Assembly: GCA_011109175.1 (NCBI GenBank)
Contig: RDEW01000009.1
Span: 129,237 to 193,236 of the forward strand
DNA length: 64,000 bases
DNA from: Dicyema japonicum
Lineage: Eukaryota; Animalia; Dicyemida
Reading direction: 5' to 3'
The translations under genes were made by a program, and so were the position numbers. Below are positions 23,701 through 36,544 of the stretch, in pieces. The notes under the pieces were generated by a model. It was not told where the DNA came from. It ran no database searches and saw only the letters and a program-made list of their open reading frames with translations. Within the stretch, counting starts at the first letter, position 1; each line of letters opens with the position of its first letter.

Positions 23701-26700
23701 CTTGTTTTTTTACGTGTTTCCATGATAGCCAGATATCAATTGCTATATTTAACAAAGAATTTATTTAAAATAAAATAACAATTATTTTTTTCGTCTTGAC
23801 ATTAAGACAGACCTACTTCTTCCATCAGAAAATTCAACCTTTAAATCTGTAGCACAACCGAATATCCCTAAGCGCGTGAGGGATAGTATAGCCGGAAGTG
23901 TTGCAATATCCTTATACCATACAATAGATAGTGCTTACATCACTAGCCATTCATGAGGGCGCCTGCCTTCTCCCCTGTAGTACCTTCTCCGTAACCTGTG
24001 GATACAGGGGGCATCTAAAATAGCTCGCCTGTGTTCCTCCTCGCCACAGTTCACGCACTTGAGAGACCTGACTTTTGATTGGCAAGCTTTTGGCGAATTT
24101 GGACCCTCGCAATTCAAGCACTTCTCTTTATGAGTGCATCGGTAGCTGGTGTGGCCGAATACTTGTCAGCAATAGCACTGGATTGCTGTTGGTCGCTCTA
24201 GGGCCACACCGAACCTAAAGTAATCAATGCGTACTTTCTCGAGGCAGATCCTCTCCCTCTACTCCAGAGCGAAGCCAGACCTTCATGGTCCGGAGTCTCC
24301 TCCCCCGCTTGTAGAAACCTTCTTGATGTGTTCCAGTACATCATCCATGAAGTCCAGAGTGACTCCGAAAACTAGTACTATTGAATTCGAAGCCATAGGA
24401 ATGACCCGTGACATGTTATGTACCCCGGGCCCAAAAGGTACCTTAGTACTGACCTCAGTTTCGAAAGCTGAAGCGTCGTCGTCATTCCTTAATCCCAACA
24501 ACCGCGTTTGATAACTCCTTGGCATAGGTAGCCAGAGTACCTTTTTATTTTTACCAAATTTATTAATATTTAAATTCTAGTAGTTAAGTTAATGCCCAAA
24601 TACTTTAAAAATAGTTTTTTTTTCAAAAATAATCACATCTAGAAAAATTTCTTCTCTCGTAAAATCCAACATGTCGTATTTTTAAATTTAAAATTGTCTC
24701 GTATTGACATCATAATCCTGTCTAAATAATTTTTAATAACTATATGATATTATACCTTAATATAACCATGCTGCTAATTTTAAACGCATCTTCATCGCTT
24801 TTCCATTTACGCTTTTCTTCTATCCGGTCTGCTGCCAGCACAATATTTATATATGCATCTTTTCTAGAATCCTCCAATTGCAGTAATTCAGTGTCTACCG
24901 CCTTTAATTGTTCTAATTCATTGTCTTTAACTTTGATAGGATATTCAATTCCCATAAAAATGTAAAATGGCATTTTCTTTGTAGAAAATCGTATTATCGT
25001 GTTATTATAGTCGTAAATGATGTCTTGAAGGTATCGCAATATCTTCCAAATGAATTATCTGTATAGCTTTTTGATGATATCCATCTTTTGATGCTTTATT
25101 TAATCTCATTAGTAATAACAAGTTTTAGCAAACCGTTCAACCTGGCCTTGTATCCACGGAGCTCTTGGTCTTCCACGAATATGGTGTGCCTTGAATTTTT
25201 GGCATAATCCGTTACAGATTTCCTTCCCGTTGTCTGTATATAAAATCAATGGAAGGCCAATACGTCTGGACACAATTTGGAATAATTTGGCGATTTCTTT
25301 AGCAGATTTTGAATAAGACAGTTCAACGACTGCGGATTTGGAAAAAAGCAATAATTACAAAGATGTAATATTATTGATGTAATGAATTCCCAGTTATAAG
25401 AATCATTGATTTCGGAATATCTTCTTAAATCAATGAAATCCGCTAAATATCAGTCTCTACATTTTCTTGCGATGATTGGTGTACTCGGAGGTTGTGTATC
25501 CAATGCTTTTTTCGATTGGCATGGAACATATGCTGAAATTACTTTTAAATTTTGGGCTCTTGTTATTCCATAATATTTTCTTAGGAGTTTCGAATATAAC
25601 CGATCCCGCCCAAAAGGATTCTGATTGTGCTCAGCCTAAAACTCCAAAACATCAATAAATTTTAGCTTAATTTCTTTCTCTTCCTTACAAATAATATCAA
25701 TTTAGTTTGATTTCTGATTATATGAGGAATACCATCTTCAAAAATTAAAAATTTGGCTATTTGATTTAGCCTAAATATTTTCACTCTAGATTCAGAATCT
25801 TCAGCCCCAAATTGGCTCGGATTGAGTTTTGAATTCTTTATTTTTTCTAGTGTTTCTTTGTCAAGACTCACTAAGCCCATTNTAAATTTTAGCTTAATTT
25901 CTTGCTCTTCCTTACAAAAAATATCAATTTAGTTTGATTTCTGATTATATGAGGAATACCATCTTCAAAAATTAAAGATTTGGCTATTTGATTTAGCCTA
26001 AATCTTTTCACTCTAGATTCAGAACCTTCAGCCCCAAATTGGCTTGGATTGAGTTTTGAATTCTTTATTTTTTCGAGTGTTTCTTTGTCGAGACTCACTA
26101 AACCCATTCAGACACGTTATATTTTTTTAAATTATAGTTATTATTATATATAATTTTATAAATATTTGTCGTTTTCTAATAATCTTATTTTGAATTCTTT
26201 ATTTTTTCGAATGTTTCTTTGTCGAGACTCACTAAACCCATTCAGAAACGTTATATTTTTTTAAATTATAGTTATTATTATATATAATTTTATAAATATT
26301 TGTCGTTTTTAATAATCTTATTATCAAAAAATTATTTTTTTGCAATTTGTTATTGAGCGTTACACCTACGCCCCCACTCCACTGGAGGGGTTTCCACAAC
26401 TGCAACTATGGACGTCTTACCCTTTATGTTGATTCCGGATGGACTCTGTTTCTGTAGAAGTGGTAACTGGATACACTTAATTAGTTGTTTACTTTAACTT
26501 CTTTCTCGGTGTATCCTGAATTAATAAATTAAATTAGATTTATAGACTGTCACATGGTCTTATTTTCCTTTAGTTGGGGATTTCCATTGTGGATAGAAAG
26601 GATCGTCATTTTGAATATTCTACAAATTTATTAAAAGTAAAACATTATCCAGCCTTTGTTAGAATAAAAAAAGGAGGCAACCGTATAGTGAGTCGATCCT

Positions 26701-27123
26701 CCTATTTGCAACTTTTACTCAAGAAAATATAATTATTGTATTAACAATTTCCCATGCCTAAACATAACATAAATTCTATTTTGGTGATATTTAGAACATC
26801 AATTCTACTTATATTGAGACATAATTTGTCCAGGTTACCACGTGGAGAAACTTTCTGGGATTGTTGATCTGATTTGTTATGATTAATCTTATTTAATCAA
26901 ATTTATTCTGTTTTAAAATTAATCTATTTTTTACTACTGAAATTTAGTACAAAATTAATTATAAAAGTTTAATGGTCCCCGCAGACATAATCGACGTTGA
27001 GTAGCCTCTCCGACCGCAACAGAGATCAACTGGAGAAGCCACTGAGTCGCACGTGTGTCGTGGCTTTTCATTGTAGCTAGGCGTCCATGTTTCTTTTGGA
27101 GACGAAATGCTTTCCCGCTGGAA

Positions 27124-28560
27124 TTAAGGCTGAAGAGTTTTTGCTATCCCCTTTTTTCGGTATTGGAATAAATATAGATCTTTTTCACTCGCGTGGCCAA
27201 ATACTAGTTTCCCAAATTTTTTGACATAACTGGTGTTAGCTGTCACCGGTATAGCCTTCAGCAATTCGTTTGAAATGTTGTCAATTCCCGGTGCCTTGTT
27301 CCCCGTTAATTGCCGTGTAGCCCACACGCATTCCTCCTCGAAGATTTTATGCCCCTCACCCAACGTTGCTTCATTAACATATATGGGTGGGCACACAGTA
27401 TCTGAATGTAGTCGTTCCGTATATTCTCTCCAACGATTTCGGATGTTCTGTTGGCTTAGCAATTCTACACTATCCTTGTCCTTGATTTTGCCCATCATTT
27501 TCTTACGGTGGTTCGTAATCTTTTTAGTTGTAAATACGCATTTCTAGTGTGACCTCTCTTATAGTCATCTTCCATTTTTTTGCAGCGTAACCTACATTAG
27601 TCTTCGTTATCCTTCTTGGGTGCTTTTTTAAAATTCAGAGTTAAGTTTTCTTTTATTGTTTATATTCCCAGAGACTTTAGCAGCTTTACGAGCCTCAGCA
27701 ATGTTTAGGGTGTTGACAGAAAGCCATTCAGAACACTTGGCGGGGGTTTTGTATTTGACATGTTTTATTGCAGCGCTCCTGATAACCAACTGCATATCAT
27801 TCCATAATTCATTAGTCATCTTTCCGTTCAAATCCAGTAATCCAATATTGTGCTTAACTTCCATTGCGTATTCTGGTGGTATGTTTGAGACATCGAATTT
27901 CTCTACTCGGGGGGTATTCCAAGTGTAACTGAATTTCGTCCATATTTTTGCTACAATTAGCCGTTGGTCTGTTTCACGGTCTGACCTGGATATGTTTTGA
28001 CGGCAGTTATAGAGCTTTTCCAACGTTTGACGTACAAAATATAATCAATCTGGTTCCTAGACATTCCATTTGGCAACGTCCAAGTGTATAATCGTCGTTT
28101 GTGCTGTTTGAACCATGTGTTAGTTATCTGAAATCCATTTTCCTGACGGAATTGGACCAGTCGATCCCCAGCATCATTTCTTTTCCCCAAACCAAAACTT
28201 CCCACAAAATCCACATGTGGCATACACCCAACTTTTGAGTTGAAATCCCCCATTATGTAGATTATGTCCTTTTTGGGTATTAGTTTTAGTGCCTCTTGAA
28301 ATTCATAATAAAATTCGTCAATTTCGTCATCCTTGGCAATAGATGTTGGGGAATACACTTGCATGACCGTAATATTCAATGGTCGTCCACGGATGTGGAT
28401 TAGTATTATCCGATAATTAAAAATTCTATGACTTTCAATAGCAGTTGCAATTTTCTTTGGAGCAATAAAGGCCACTCTATTTCTCTTCGCATTAATGTTA
28501 CCAGAATAATATATGACGAAATCATCAATTTCAATCGCATAGTCGCAGTTGACCAAGGAC
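27124..28560 (-). mobile_element. RTE-clade LINE remnant (unit B copy)
   Basis: The 199-aa APE ORF differs from the unit A copy at a single residue (IASKK vs IAPKK). Confidence 0.9.
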
Positions 28561-28778
28561 TATCTTTCGCTAGAAAATTAAATAATAATTAGTATTATTG
28601 CCACAGGATAACTGAGTAAAAGTTGAAAGAATCTCCCATCTAACAAATTAATTCAAGACCTTCAAGGAGGAGAAAATTCAATAAATTTAATTATCACAAA
28701 TTAATTTATTTTTTATAAAGTCATGAAATTTTTTATTTGAAAATTAATTTAATTATAAATTCAAAATCTTGTTAGAAA

Positions 28779-31159
28779 ATGGAAATTCCTTCACTATATG
28801 CTCATTGCATTAAAACTATTCGAGAATACATTAATGGGAAAGATTATCAAGCATTAAGCGAAAAAACTAAAAAAATGATTTCTAAAAGATTATCAGAAGA
28901 TCCGAGTTATTTAGAATATCTATTTGCCGGTGAAAATCGAAAAGAACAATATTCATGTATATACAAGATTCCAGATGTAGTACATAAGAATATTTTCTGC
29001 GTTAAATTGATAAATGAAAAAGTTGACATTAAAGATGTTGTCAAGATGATTCAAGTTTATCCGAATTTATCGAATATTAAAATATGGCAAATAACTTCAA
29101 CAGAACAACAGCCTTTACTACCATTTTCACCTAATAACGTCAAATCATTCTCACTTCTAGAATATAATGACCCAGATTTGTTACATTCCCTATTTATGAC
29201 TGGATTTAACAAAATAACATGCCTCGAGCTTTGTTATGACAAATTTTCAGTGTCAAAAATCTTTAAAAATAGCACATTGAAAATAATGGAGAAACTGGAA
29301 CGCATAGAATTATCTAACGTTATGATTATCGACTTTGAAGAATTTTTGGCAAACCTAAACAGTCCAGAGTCCTTGTGGTTTGTTTTTTTATAATTCAGTC
29401 ATTTCGCACTCGTGCATACTGGAGTTTGGAATCGTAGAAGGTTGGATGTGAACGATATATGTTGTCTTCTCGAAAAAGCAAAGAACCTTACTTTTCTAGA
29501 TTTATCAAAGTCTCTTATCGATGTACAAAGACTCAAATAGTAATTTATTTTAATAATCTTAGTCAAATGCTGAAATACGGATTGAACAAACATCACGATG
29601 GGAAAACCTTAGTTTTCAATAAAGATATAAACGAATGGGTAAATTTGAGAAAATAAAATAGAATGATCGAGAATCGGAATTAAACAACTTAGCCAGGTCT
29701 ATTGTAACTACCAAACTATTGGATAAAACCATCTATAGGTTTCGCAGTAAAAAACTTCGAAATAACTTTCTAAATCGATTTTTGAGGGTATTTTGAAAAT
29801 ATTAGTATAGATTACCTATCATAAATATAACGTCAGATATCATAGATATGGTCATTATTCTATGTAACTTATTATATTACTTCAGAAATATTCTAAATCA
29901 TATTACCCAAACACACGATATTTCGTATTTTAATCGTCTGTATGATTTGATTTTATTCGTAGTTTAATTTATGATATTTTTCTCATTGTTCTTATGTTTT
30001 GCATATGTAATAGAGAATTGGTATTTGAGATTTTAAATTTGTAGTACATTGTTTTTGATTGTTCAAATTTATTATTCAATTTAAAACCATGGAATACGCC
30101 AATTTTCGTTGATTAATTTTTAATTTAGATCAATGCGTTGTCATGCATTTATATTGTAATAGCCACATCTCCCGTCTCTGATAATAGAATATATAAAAAC
30201 TGTCGATTTGTCATGAAAAACTTAAATATCGGATTTTTATCTTATTTTGGCCATTCTGGACTTGTCAAAGTTTAAAAACTTTGAATTTTTAGTATTGCCT
30301 TGAATGCATCGAAACATCATCTGTCGAAGTTGGTAGGTTTCTAGATATGTTGGGCTGGCTATTAGGTATTTGAAATACGTTTAGTTAGACGAAAATGAAA
30401 TGAATGTGAATTTGTTTATTGATTTTGGCGGAATAGAAATTATTTGTGACGTTGTCGATAGACTCCAGTTCAAACATACCGATTTAAATATTATGCTTTC
30501 ACTCGTTGAAATCACGGAAAATCTTGCTAAATTTCCGAAATCTAGACGTTTACTGGGGGCTTGTAGACTAGTAGAATTTTTATTGTAAACTTGATTACTT
30601 ATTAAAAGCGATCCTACTTACGACAATTGGGATTTCCATCTTCTCTATAAAATCATGAGATGTATGTGTATTTTATTGAGTGAACCAAATATATCCCCTA
30701 CATTTACAAATTTGAATATAGGTGATACGAGTCCCCGAGAACTGATTCTAGATAAAATTTTTCAATTTGCACTCAAGTATCATCATTCAGTCGGTCGTGT
30801 TATTATTGATGTTGATAACGATAGAAGGTTATTCCATTTTATATGTAAGGTCATTGATGTCAACAGTAAATTTATTATGCATAAACACAGATAAGCGAAT
30901 TTTACTTTGGGCTGTGTGGGAATGTGCTAATATATCAAATATATATCGTTGATGTTTGTTTTTATAATAGCAAATGTACTTATGTTCAAAATGATGGATC
31001 ATTGCATTCTTCAGGAAATTGATAATGTACGTACAAAATCCAAAATGGTAGGGATTCGTTACTATTGTTGGGATTTTAGAAAAAATTACATTGTTGCTAT
31101 TTTTATAATTTTAGAATTTCATTAAAAATCTATGTTATGCCTGCCCATTCTATAGTTAA
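28779..31159 (+). CDS. ZYG11/ZER1-family CUL2-ElonginBC substrate receptor-like protein (BC-box, LRR, ARM), 14 introns, 686 aa
   Basis: Removing 14 GT-AG introns of 21,23,23,23,22,23,24,21,23,23,24,25,23,22 nt (first three 29378-29398, 29540-29562, 29639-29661) gives a 2061-nt open frame. BC-box-like PSLYAHC, LRR NLTFLDLS, ARM motifs GWLLDENEMNVNLFIDFGG, ENLAKF and LWAVWECAN resemble ZER1 LWNITDETPDNCEMF, GNVAEV and HWALWALYN (recalled). Confidence 0.8.
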
Positions 31160-31609
31160 CTCATCTCTTATTAACTAATAATTAACATCAATTTATTTTT
31201 GACTGGCATTCTTAATTTATATTAAATGTCGCAGGCCTCTGAACGTACCGTTATCGTAATGATAATCAATTTTTGCTTTAATTATTTAATATTTGAGCTT
31301 CCTCATCAATTAATATTAATTTGATTATTTAATCTAATCACCGAGCTGGACAGACTCCTCTGGAGGCCCTTATGAGACTTGACTCCAGATCACGGGAATT
31401 AGGCCCTGAAAATCAGTCAGCCGTCTTGTACGATCATGCGCGGGCACGAGAGAATAACACCGGACAAAGGTCGCTATAAGAATGCATGAAGATCAGGTGT
31501 AATTAGTTTTGTTTTTTACAATTAATTGTTATATTTTTTTCTAAAAATAAACTGCTATTAATATAAATTTGGTAAACTTATTACAACTAAAGTCGTATAC
31601 GTAAATTTT

Positions 31610-31740
31610 AATCCAAAATCACAACCCTAAACCGTAATTCAAACCATCAACCCTAAACGTTAATCCTATTTCTAATCTTAACCCAATCCTAAGACAAACC
31701 ATAACCATATCTATAAGAGTCAATCAATAGCTAATCCTAG
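31610..31740 (+). repeat. Degenerate (TAACCC)n-like tract
   Basis: aaccctaaaccgtaattc..aaccctaaacgttaatcctatttctaatcttaacccaatcctaa: ~6-nt periodicity. Confidence 0.5.
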
Positions 31741-31789
31741 GAAATCATCGTACGCTGCCCTCATTTTATAATATTTATATTTGAAAAAA

Positions 31790-32100
31790 CGATGATGGCA
31801 AAGGAGAAGAAGTACGAAGCGCTACGCGACCGATTCGCGTTTTATCCGATAGTGGTCGAGACAACTGGAGGAATAAGTGGAAAATCGCTTCGCTTCCTAA
31901 AGAAACTTGGACGCTTAGCTACACTAAAAAGCCACGACGCACGTGAGACCCGGTGGCTTCTCCAGTTGATCTCTGTTGCAATCGTGAGAGGCAACGCAAC
32001 GTCGATAATGTCGGCGGGGTCCACTTTGGATGGATGGCAGTTTTAAATATGATTTACTGGGGATAAATTAACTGATTATTTTATTTATTTGATCATTTTG
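31790..32100 (+). mobile_element. CRE-like element 3' end
   Basis: KEKKY...FYPIVVETTGG..FLKKLG..RETRWLLQLISVAIVRGNATSI. Confidence 0.85.
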
Positions 32101-33424
32101 TAAATTCTAAAAAAAAATATTTATTATTAATTTAGACATCCTGACAACTGCACTACGATTGAAAGACACCTAAGAGAGGGAGAGGATTTGGATAAAGAAG
32201 ATAATTTTGTTACTTTTTATCAACTCGAATCGCATGTTATTCCATCTCAAAATATCGAGTGAAACTCCCTAGAATAGCCGCGAAGATAGCTCGAACGCGT
32301 GGAAATCAGACCCCCAAGTCAAGACAGAAATTCCATGTAATGGGTCCTATGACACTAGAAGTCTTCACAGCGATAAGAGTATTCAACATTCCATCAGGTA
32401 AGTCAGCATATATTTCTGCTAAGCAGGCAATGGATGCACTCTTGGGATATCTTTTGCGGTAAAGATGTCCGTGCACGTGACATTTCAGGCTTCCCAGATT
32501 AAAATGGAAAAAGGACAACCCATCTGGTCATAATCCATAATTCCTACATAAGCCGACAGGTTCAAGCAGAGACGGATAATAGGTAGCATCCATAGCCCAA
32601 TTCTAAAGCAACAGGAAATTAATAAATATCGGGTTTTTCCTCTGACAATAGCTCTCTCGAAAACATCTATCTCGCGTATACCTTAGTGATCATTTGGATC
32701 ATTAAGCCGATTTGGCAGACTAGGTTGTCTACTTGTGAAATAAGGACTCCCGGAACTCAACTGCAAAAATTGAGTGTTATTAGTAACAAAATCCATAAAA
32801 TAGAGAGTTGGAGTCTCGCTGCTGACCATTCCGTGTTAAAGTACCACATATCTACGATGTTTTTTTTATTAACAAGTGACGCAGTGACTCATCACTGTCT
32901 ATTCGAATTGTCTTTAATACTCACACGGAACCAAAAAGAAAAGAACTCAAAAAGAGGATATTTTGTCCATGATATTTAAGAATTCTCATAATGAGGATAA
33001 ACCTGTTCAGAATTACCAACAGAAAAATCTCAGAGCGAGCACAAAATTATACTTAAATATTTCGACTTAATTCGAGACGTTGTTTAAGATTTACGTTTTT
33101 AGGAAAATAAATAAAAAATATCCGTTTTATAGATAATATATAATTTTCAACATTTGGGCACATCAATAATAATATATTTTCCGTATAAATTTTTGTGACG
33201 GTAAATGCAACATTTATGGGTTATTTTCGGAATAGCATAACAAATTATAGTTTAATTTCTGTCCCCTAAAGTCAGTTTAATTAATTCTCCAAAAAATAAA
33301 AATTGTGAGTTTACTAAAAATTAAATTTTATCGACATTACCACAAATTCACGAATAACCAAAGTTCCTAGTGTCTTAATGAAAAATTTGTTATAATTTTG
33401 TAATATATCCTTTAAATCACATCT

Positions 33425-33665
33425 GAAAACTGCTGCAGTGTAAGTGCCGGGCAAAAGCTTTGATGGTCCCTAGTTCAAATTTCACTACTTTACATTTCGG
33501 CTGAAGGTTCCACGTATCTACGATGCTTTGGCTTGACGAGTGATGCAGTCGTAATCGAACATCTCACTAAAGAACAAGATCGTCTGTAAAAGACTCATAA
33601 AAAGAAAAAAAGAAGTGAAGAGTATTCCTTGGTTCTCCTTCATCGATTAGTTATCATTAGTTATC
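33425..33665 (+). mobile_element. Old SINE family 1 copy (core-only relatives ~32810-32900 and ~49340-49400)
   Basis: Degenerate B box gttcaaat, core aaggttccacgtatctacgatgc..tgacgagtga, later aagtgaaga..attccttggttct. Confidence 0.7.
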
Positions 33666-33849
33666 ATAACTGTTTTTGACATTCAGAAAACGTCCAAGAT
33701 AATTTTGAAGAACGATGAACGAAAATTTTTTTAAATTCCTTAACTGAACAAAAAAACGTATTTAAGTTTTATTTTTTTAATTAAGATAATTTATTTTTTA
33801 AATTATGAATAATTGGGACGACAGAATGGCGAAGGCGTTAACTCTGATA

Positions 33850-35190
33850 ATTACCATTTCGAGCCTCTGCCTCAACCAGAGTCCAAGGTATGTCCTATCA
33901 AGCTCCTAGTCTAAGGTATGTTTGGTTGCGTTACGTAGGACTGCTTGGACCAAACGACTACAGCTCGCAAGGGATGAAAAGTAGGCTGGCAGGGCGGCCT
34001 TAAGGGGGATCTTAACCAATTGCCCCCATTTCTCAAGGTAGTTTGTACATAGTCCAGTCAGATCATCGAATTTGACATTCAGTATTGACTCCGCCGATCG
34101 TCTCAGAGTCCCATCAGCCGACAATAGTGCCCTCCGGTGTTCAAAACATGTTGAACATCTCAAAATGTACATCATCTTCGACATGGAAATACATTTCTTG
34201 AGCAAGAAGGACACATGTGGATCCAAAGATGATACTCTCTTTGTAAAGGCTTCAACTTCATTATTCTTACTGGTAAGGTAGTTCTCCAGCTGGTCGTCTC
34301 CGATAGGGCAGCCAAGGAAGTGTGCCTTGTCCAAGAAGGATTTTCTGAAACCTGGAAGTAGGTATCTGAATTTTTGGCAGGCAGTAGAAAAGCTAGGAGA
34401 TGAGCAGGAAATATTGATCAGTTCTGATTTTAAAATTGTTTTTTATTGCTTTCTCCACTTCTTATTTGGTTGAGAAAGGGTTCAGTCTTGTATTACAGAT
34501 AATTACCAAAAGGAGAAACCGCTTGGACTTTGTTGAAAGAGGAGATCTACGAATTAGGCGCACAAACATGAACCCAAATATTGAGAAACTTGTGTCTAAC
34601 TTTTTGCAACATCATTGTTCACATTAATTACTAATTTTTTTATTCCCAACTCGTTACCATAAAGGTTTTCCCGGTGGACGATAGTTTTTAAAAGTTTGTT
34701 AAAGGGGACGATGACCTGAATAAGTTTGGGAACGCCTGCCCTAGACGGTCTCCCTGCTGAACGCCTGTGCGTGAATAAACGATGTCGTTTCCGTAAACTA
34801 AGGCTGAGTCCGTCCCATACGATAAGTGTACTAGTCGGCCAATCTCTGGAGCTCTCTTCCAACAGGTTTCCGAAATACAGTCTCTCCTCAGCGAGTTGGA
34901 GGCATTTGATATACCAAGCTTCAGGCCTTGCCTTTGAGTCTGAAAATTATTTATGTTGAAGCAACTCCTCACGGTGTGGACTGCTTCCTCGCAACCACTG
35001 GTCACTTCCACCCCAAGTTGAGTCAGGAACAGCTTTTCAGCTATATTGTGGGAGACTCTCCGGGCAGCGATTTTAGCAGCAAGCCTTGGAAAGTATGTAC
35101 CGATCACATTGGGCGGACATCTCCATCTCCTTTTCGGGATGCCAATAGATGTCCACAAAAAAAAGATCTCTAGCAAATTTTGGAATATCA
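33850..35190 (-). mobile_element. CRE-like reverse-transcriptase remnant
   Basis: QLGV..GCEEAVH..R, ISNA.NSLRRD, GVQQGDRLG, FLGCPIG, YILRCS. Confidence 0.85.
34430..34738 (+). mobile_element. Buster-type hAT 3' end inserted in the CRE RT
   Basis: FSTSYLVEKGFS..KRRNRLD..RGDLR..PNIEKLV; TIR gtttgggaacgcctg followed by ccctagac. Confidence 0.85.
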
Positions 35191-36544
35191 CCATTAACCA
35201 TTCGAGTGAACAGCAAGGTGTTTTCAATTTATAATATTTTATTTAAATAAAAATTACAATCCATAAATTAGAATGCGACACCTTTATCAAACCAATCCTT
35301 CTATANCGGACACCTCCATCTCCTTTTCGGGATGCCAATAGATGTCCACAAAAAAAAGATCTCTAGCAAATTTTGGAATATCATCATTAACCATTCGAGT
35401 GAACAGCAAGGTGTTTTCAATTTATAATATTTTATTTAAATAAAAATTACAATCCATAAATTAGAATGCGACACCTTTATCAAACTAATTCTCCTATACA
35501 ACTCTGGGACCTGGGCCACCTCAAAAGAGGAATTGGAGAAGCTAGACTCGTTTCACAGGAGTCATCTAAGAAACATAACTGGAATGTCCTGGCCATCCAA
35601 GATCTCGCGGAAAGGACAGTACAATATGTGTGATTGTACACAAATAAGTCTCTACCTTAACTTTTCTATTTGATTCTGTGTCCCCGTCACATAATGCCCA
35701 AATAGTCTCCTCACTTATTCAGATATGTTAATACGTTGACAAAGTTTTGGTCAGTGAGGTCATCTTTAAGCCAACTTCTTTGTCTTTTTTTGGAAGGATC
35801 GTGTGGAGTGTTTTTTCTAAACTGAGAATGGTCAGTTAAATCACGGATGAGGATGGGCACGTGACTTGTAATAATTTCACACTACAGAACGGTGTGTTAT
35901 GCATGACTGGCCCTAAAAGTGAATTGAGACTGACTTGTTTGGTTTTGTTATTCCATGTTGGTTGTCCTCACTATTTAGGTGGTTTGGTCCATGTTTGCTA
36001 TTTATGTGAAATATTTTTGGTGGATGTTTTGTTTTAACATATTTTGCTATATTGAATAATTTTTAACTGTACTAGTCATTTCTTGCCTGCGTGGAGTGTG
36101 GGTGTTGTGGGAAGTGAAATTATAAATTAACTGGTTGCTTTTTTCCCCGACTGGTCTCGGAGTTCATTTGTAAGCCGGTAAAAAACTGTTAGGCTTGGCN
36201 CTGTGTTATGCATGACTGGCCCTATAAGTGAAGTGAGACTGACTTGTTTGGTTTTGTTATTCCATGTTGGTTGTCCTCACTTTTAGGTGGTTTGGTTCAT
36301 GTTTGCTATTTATGTGAAATATTTTTGGTGGATGTTTTGTTTTAACATATTTTGCTATATTGAATAATTTTTAACTGTACTAGTCATTTCTTGCCTGGCG
36401 TGGAGTGTGGGTGTTGTGGGATTATAAATTAACTGGTTGCTTTTTTCCCCCGACTGGTCTCTGAGTTCATTTGTAAGTCGGTAGAAAACTGTTAGGCTTG
36501 GCTCTTTTAAAGAACATAAAACGATATATTTACCGTTTTTTTTA

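Larger units (their letters stand above)
15266..31345. repeat. Tandem segmental duplication, unit B
   Basis: Colinear with 1-~13520; similarity fades just after the ZYG11-like gene (B tttatttttgactggcattc matches A tttatttttgaccggcattc at ~13431). Confidence 0.9.

Noticed and set aside
29378-31159. Stop-codon reassignment to explain fragmented ORFs
   Set aside because: All in-frame stops fall inside removable GT-AG introns and genes end in ordinary TAA/TGA.
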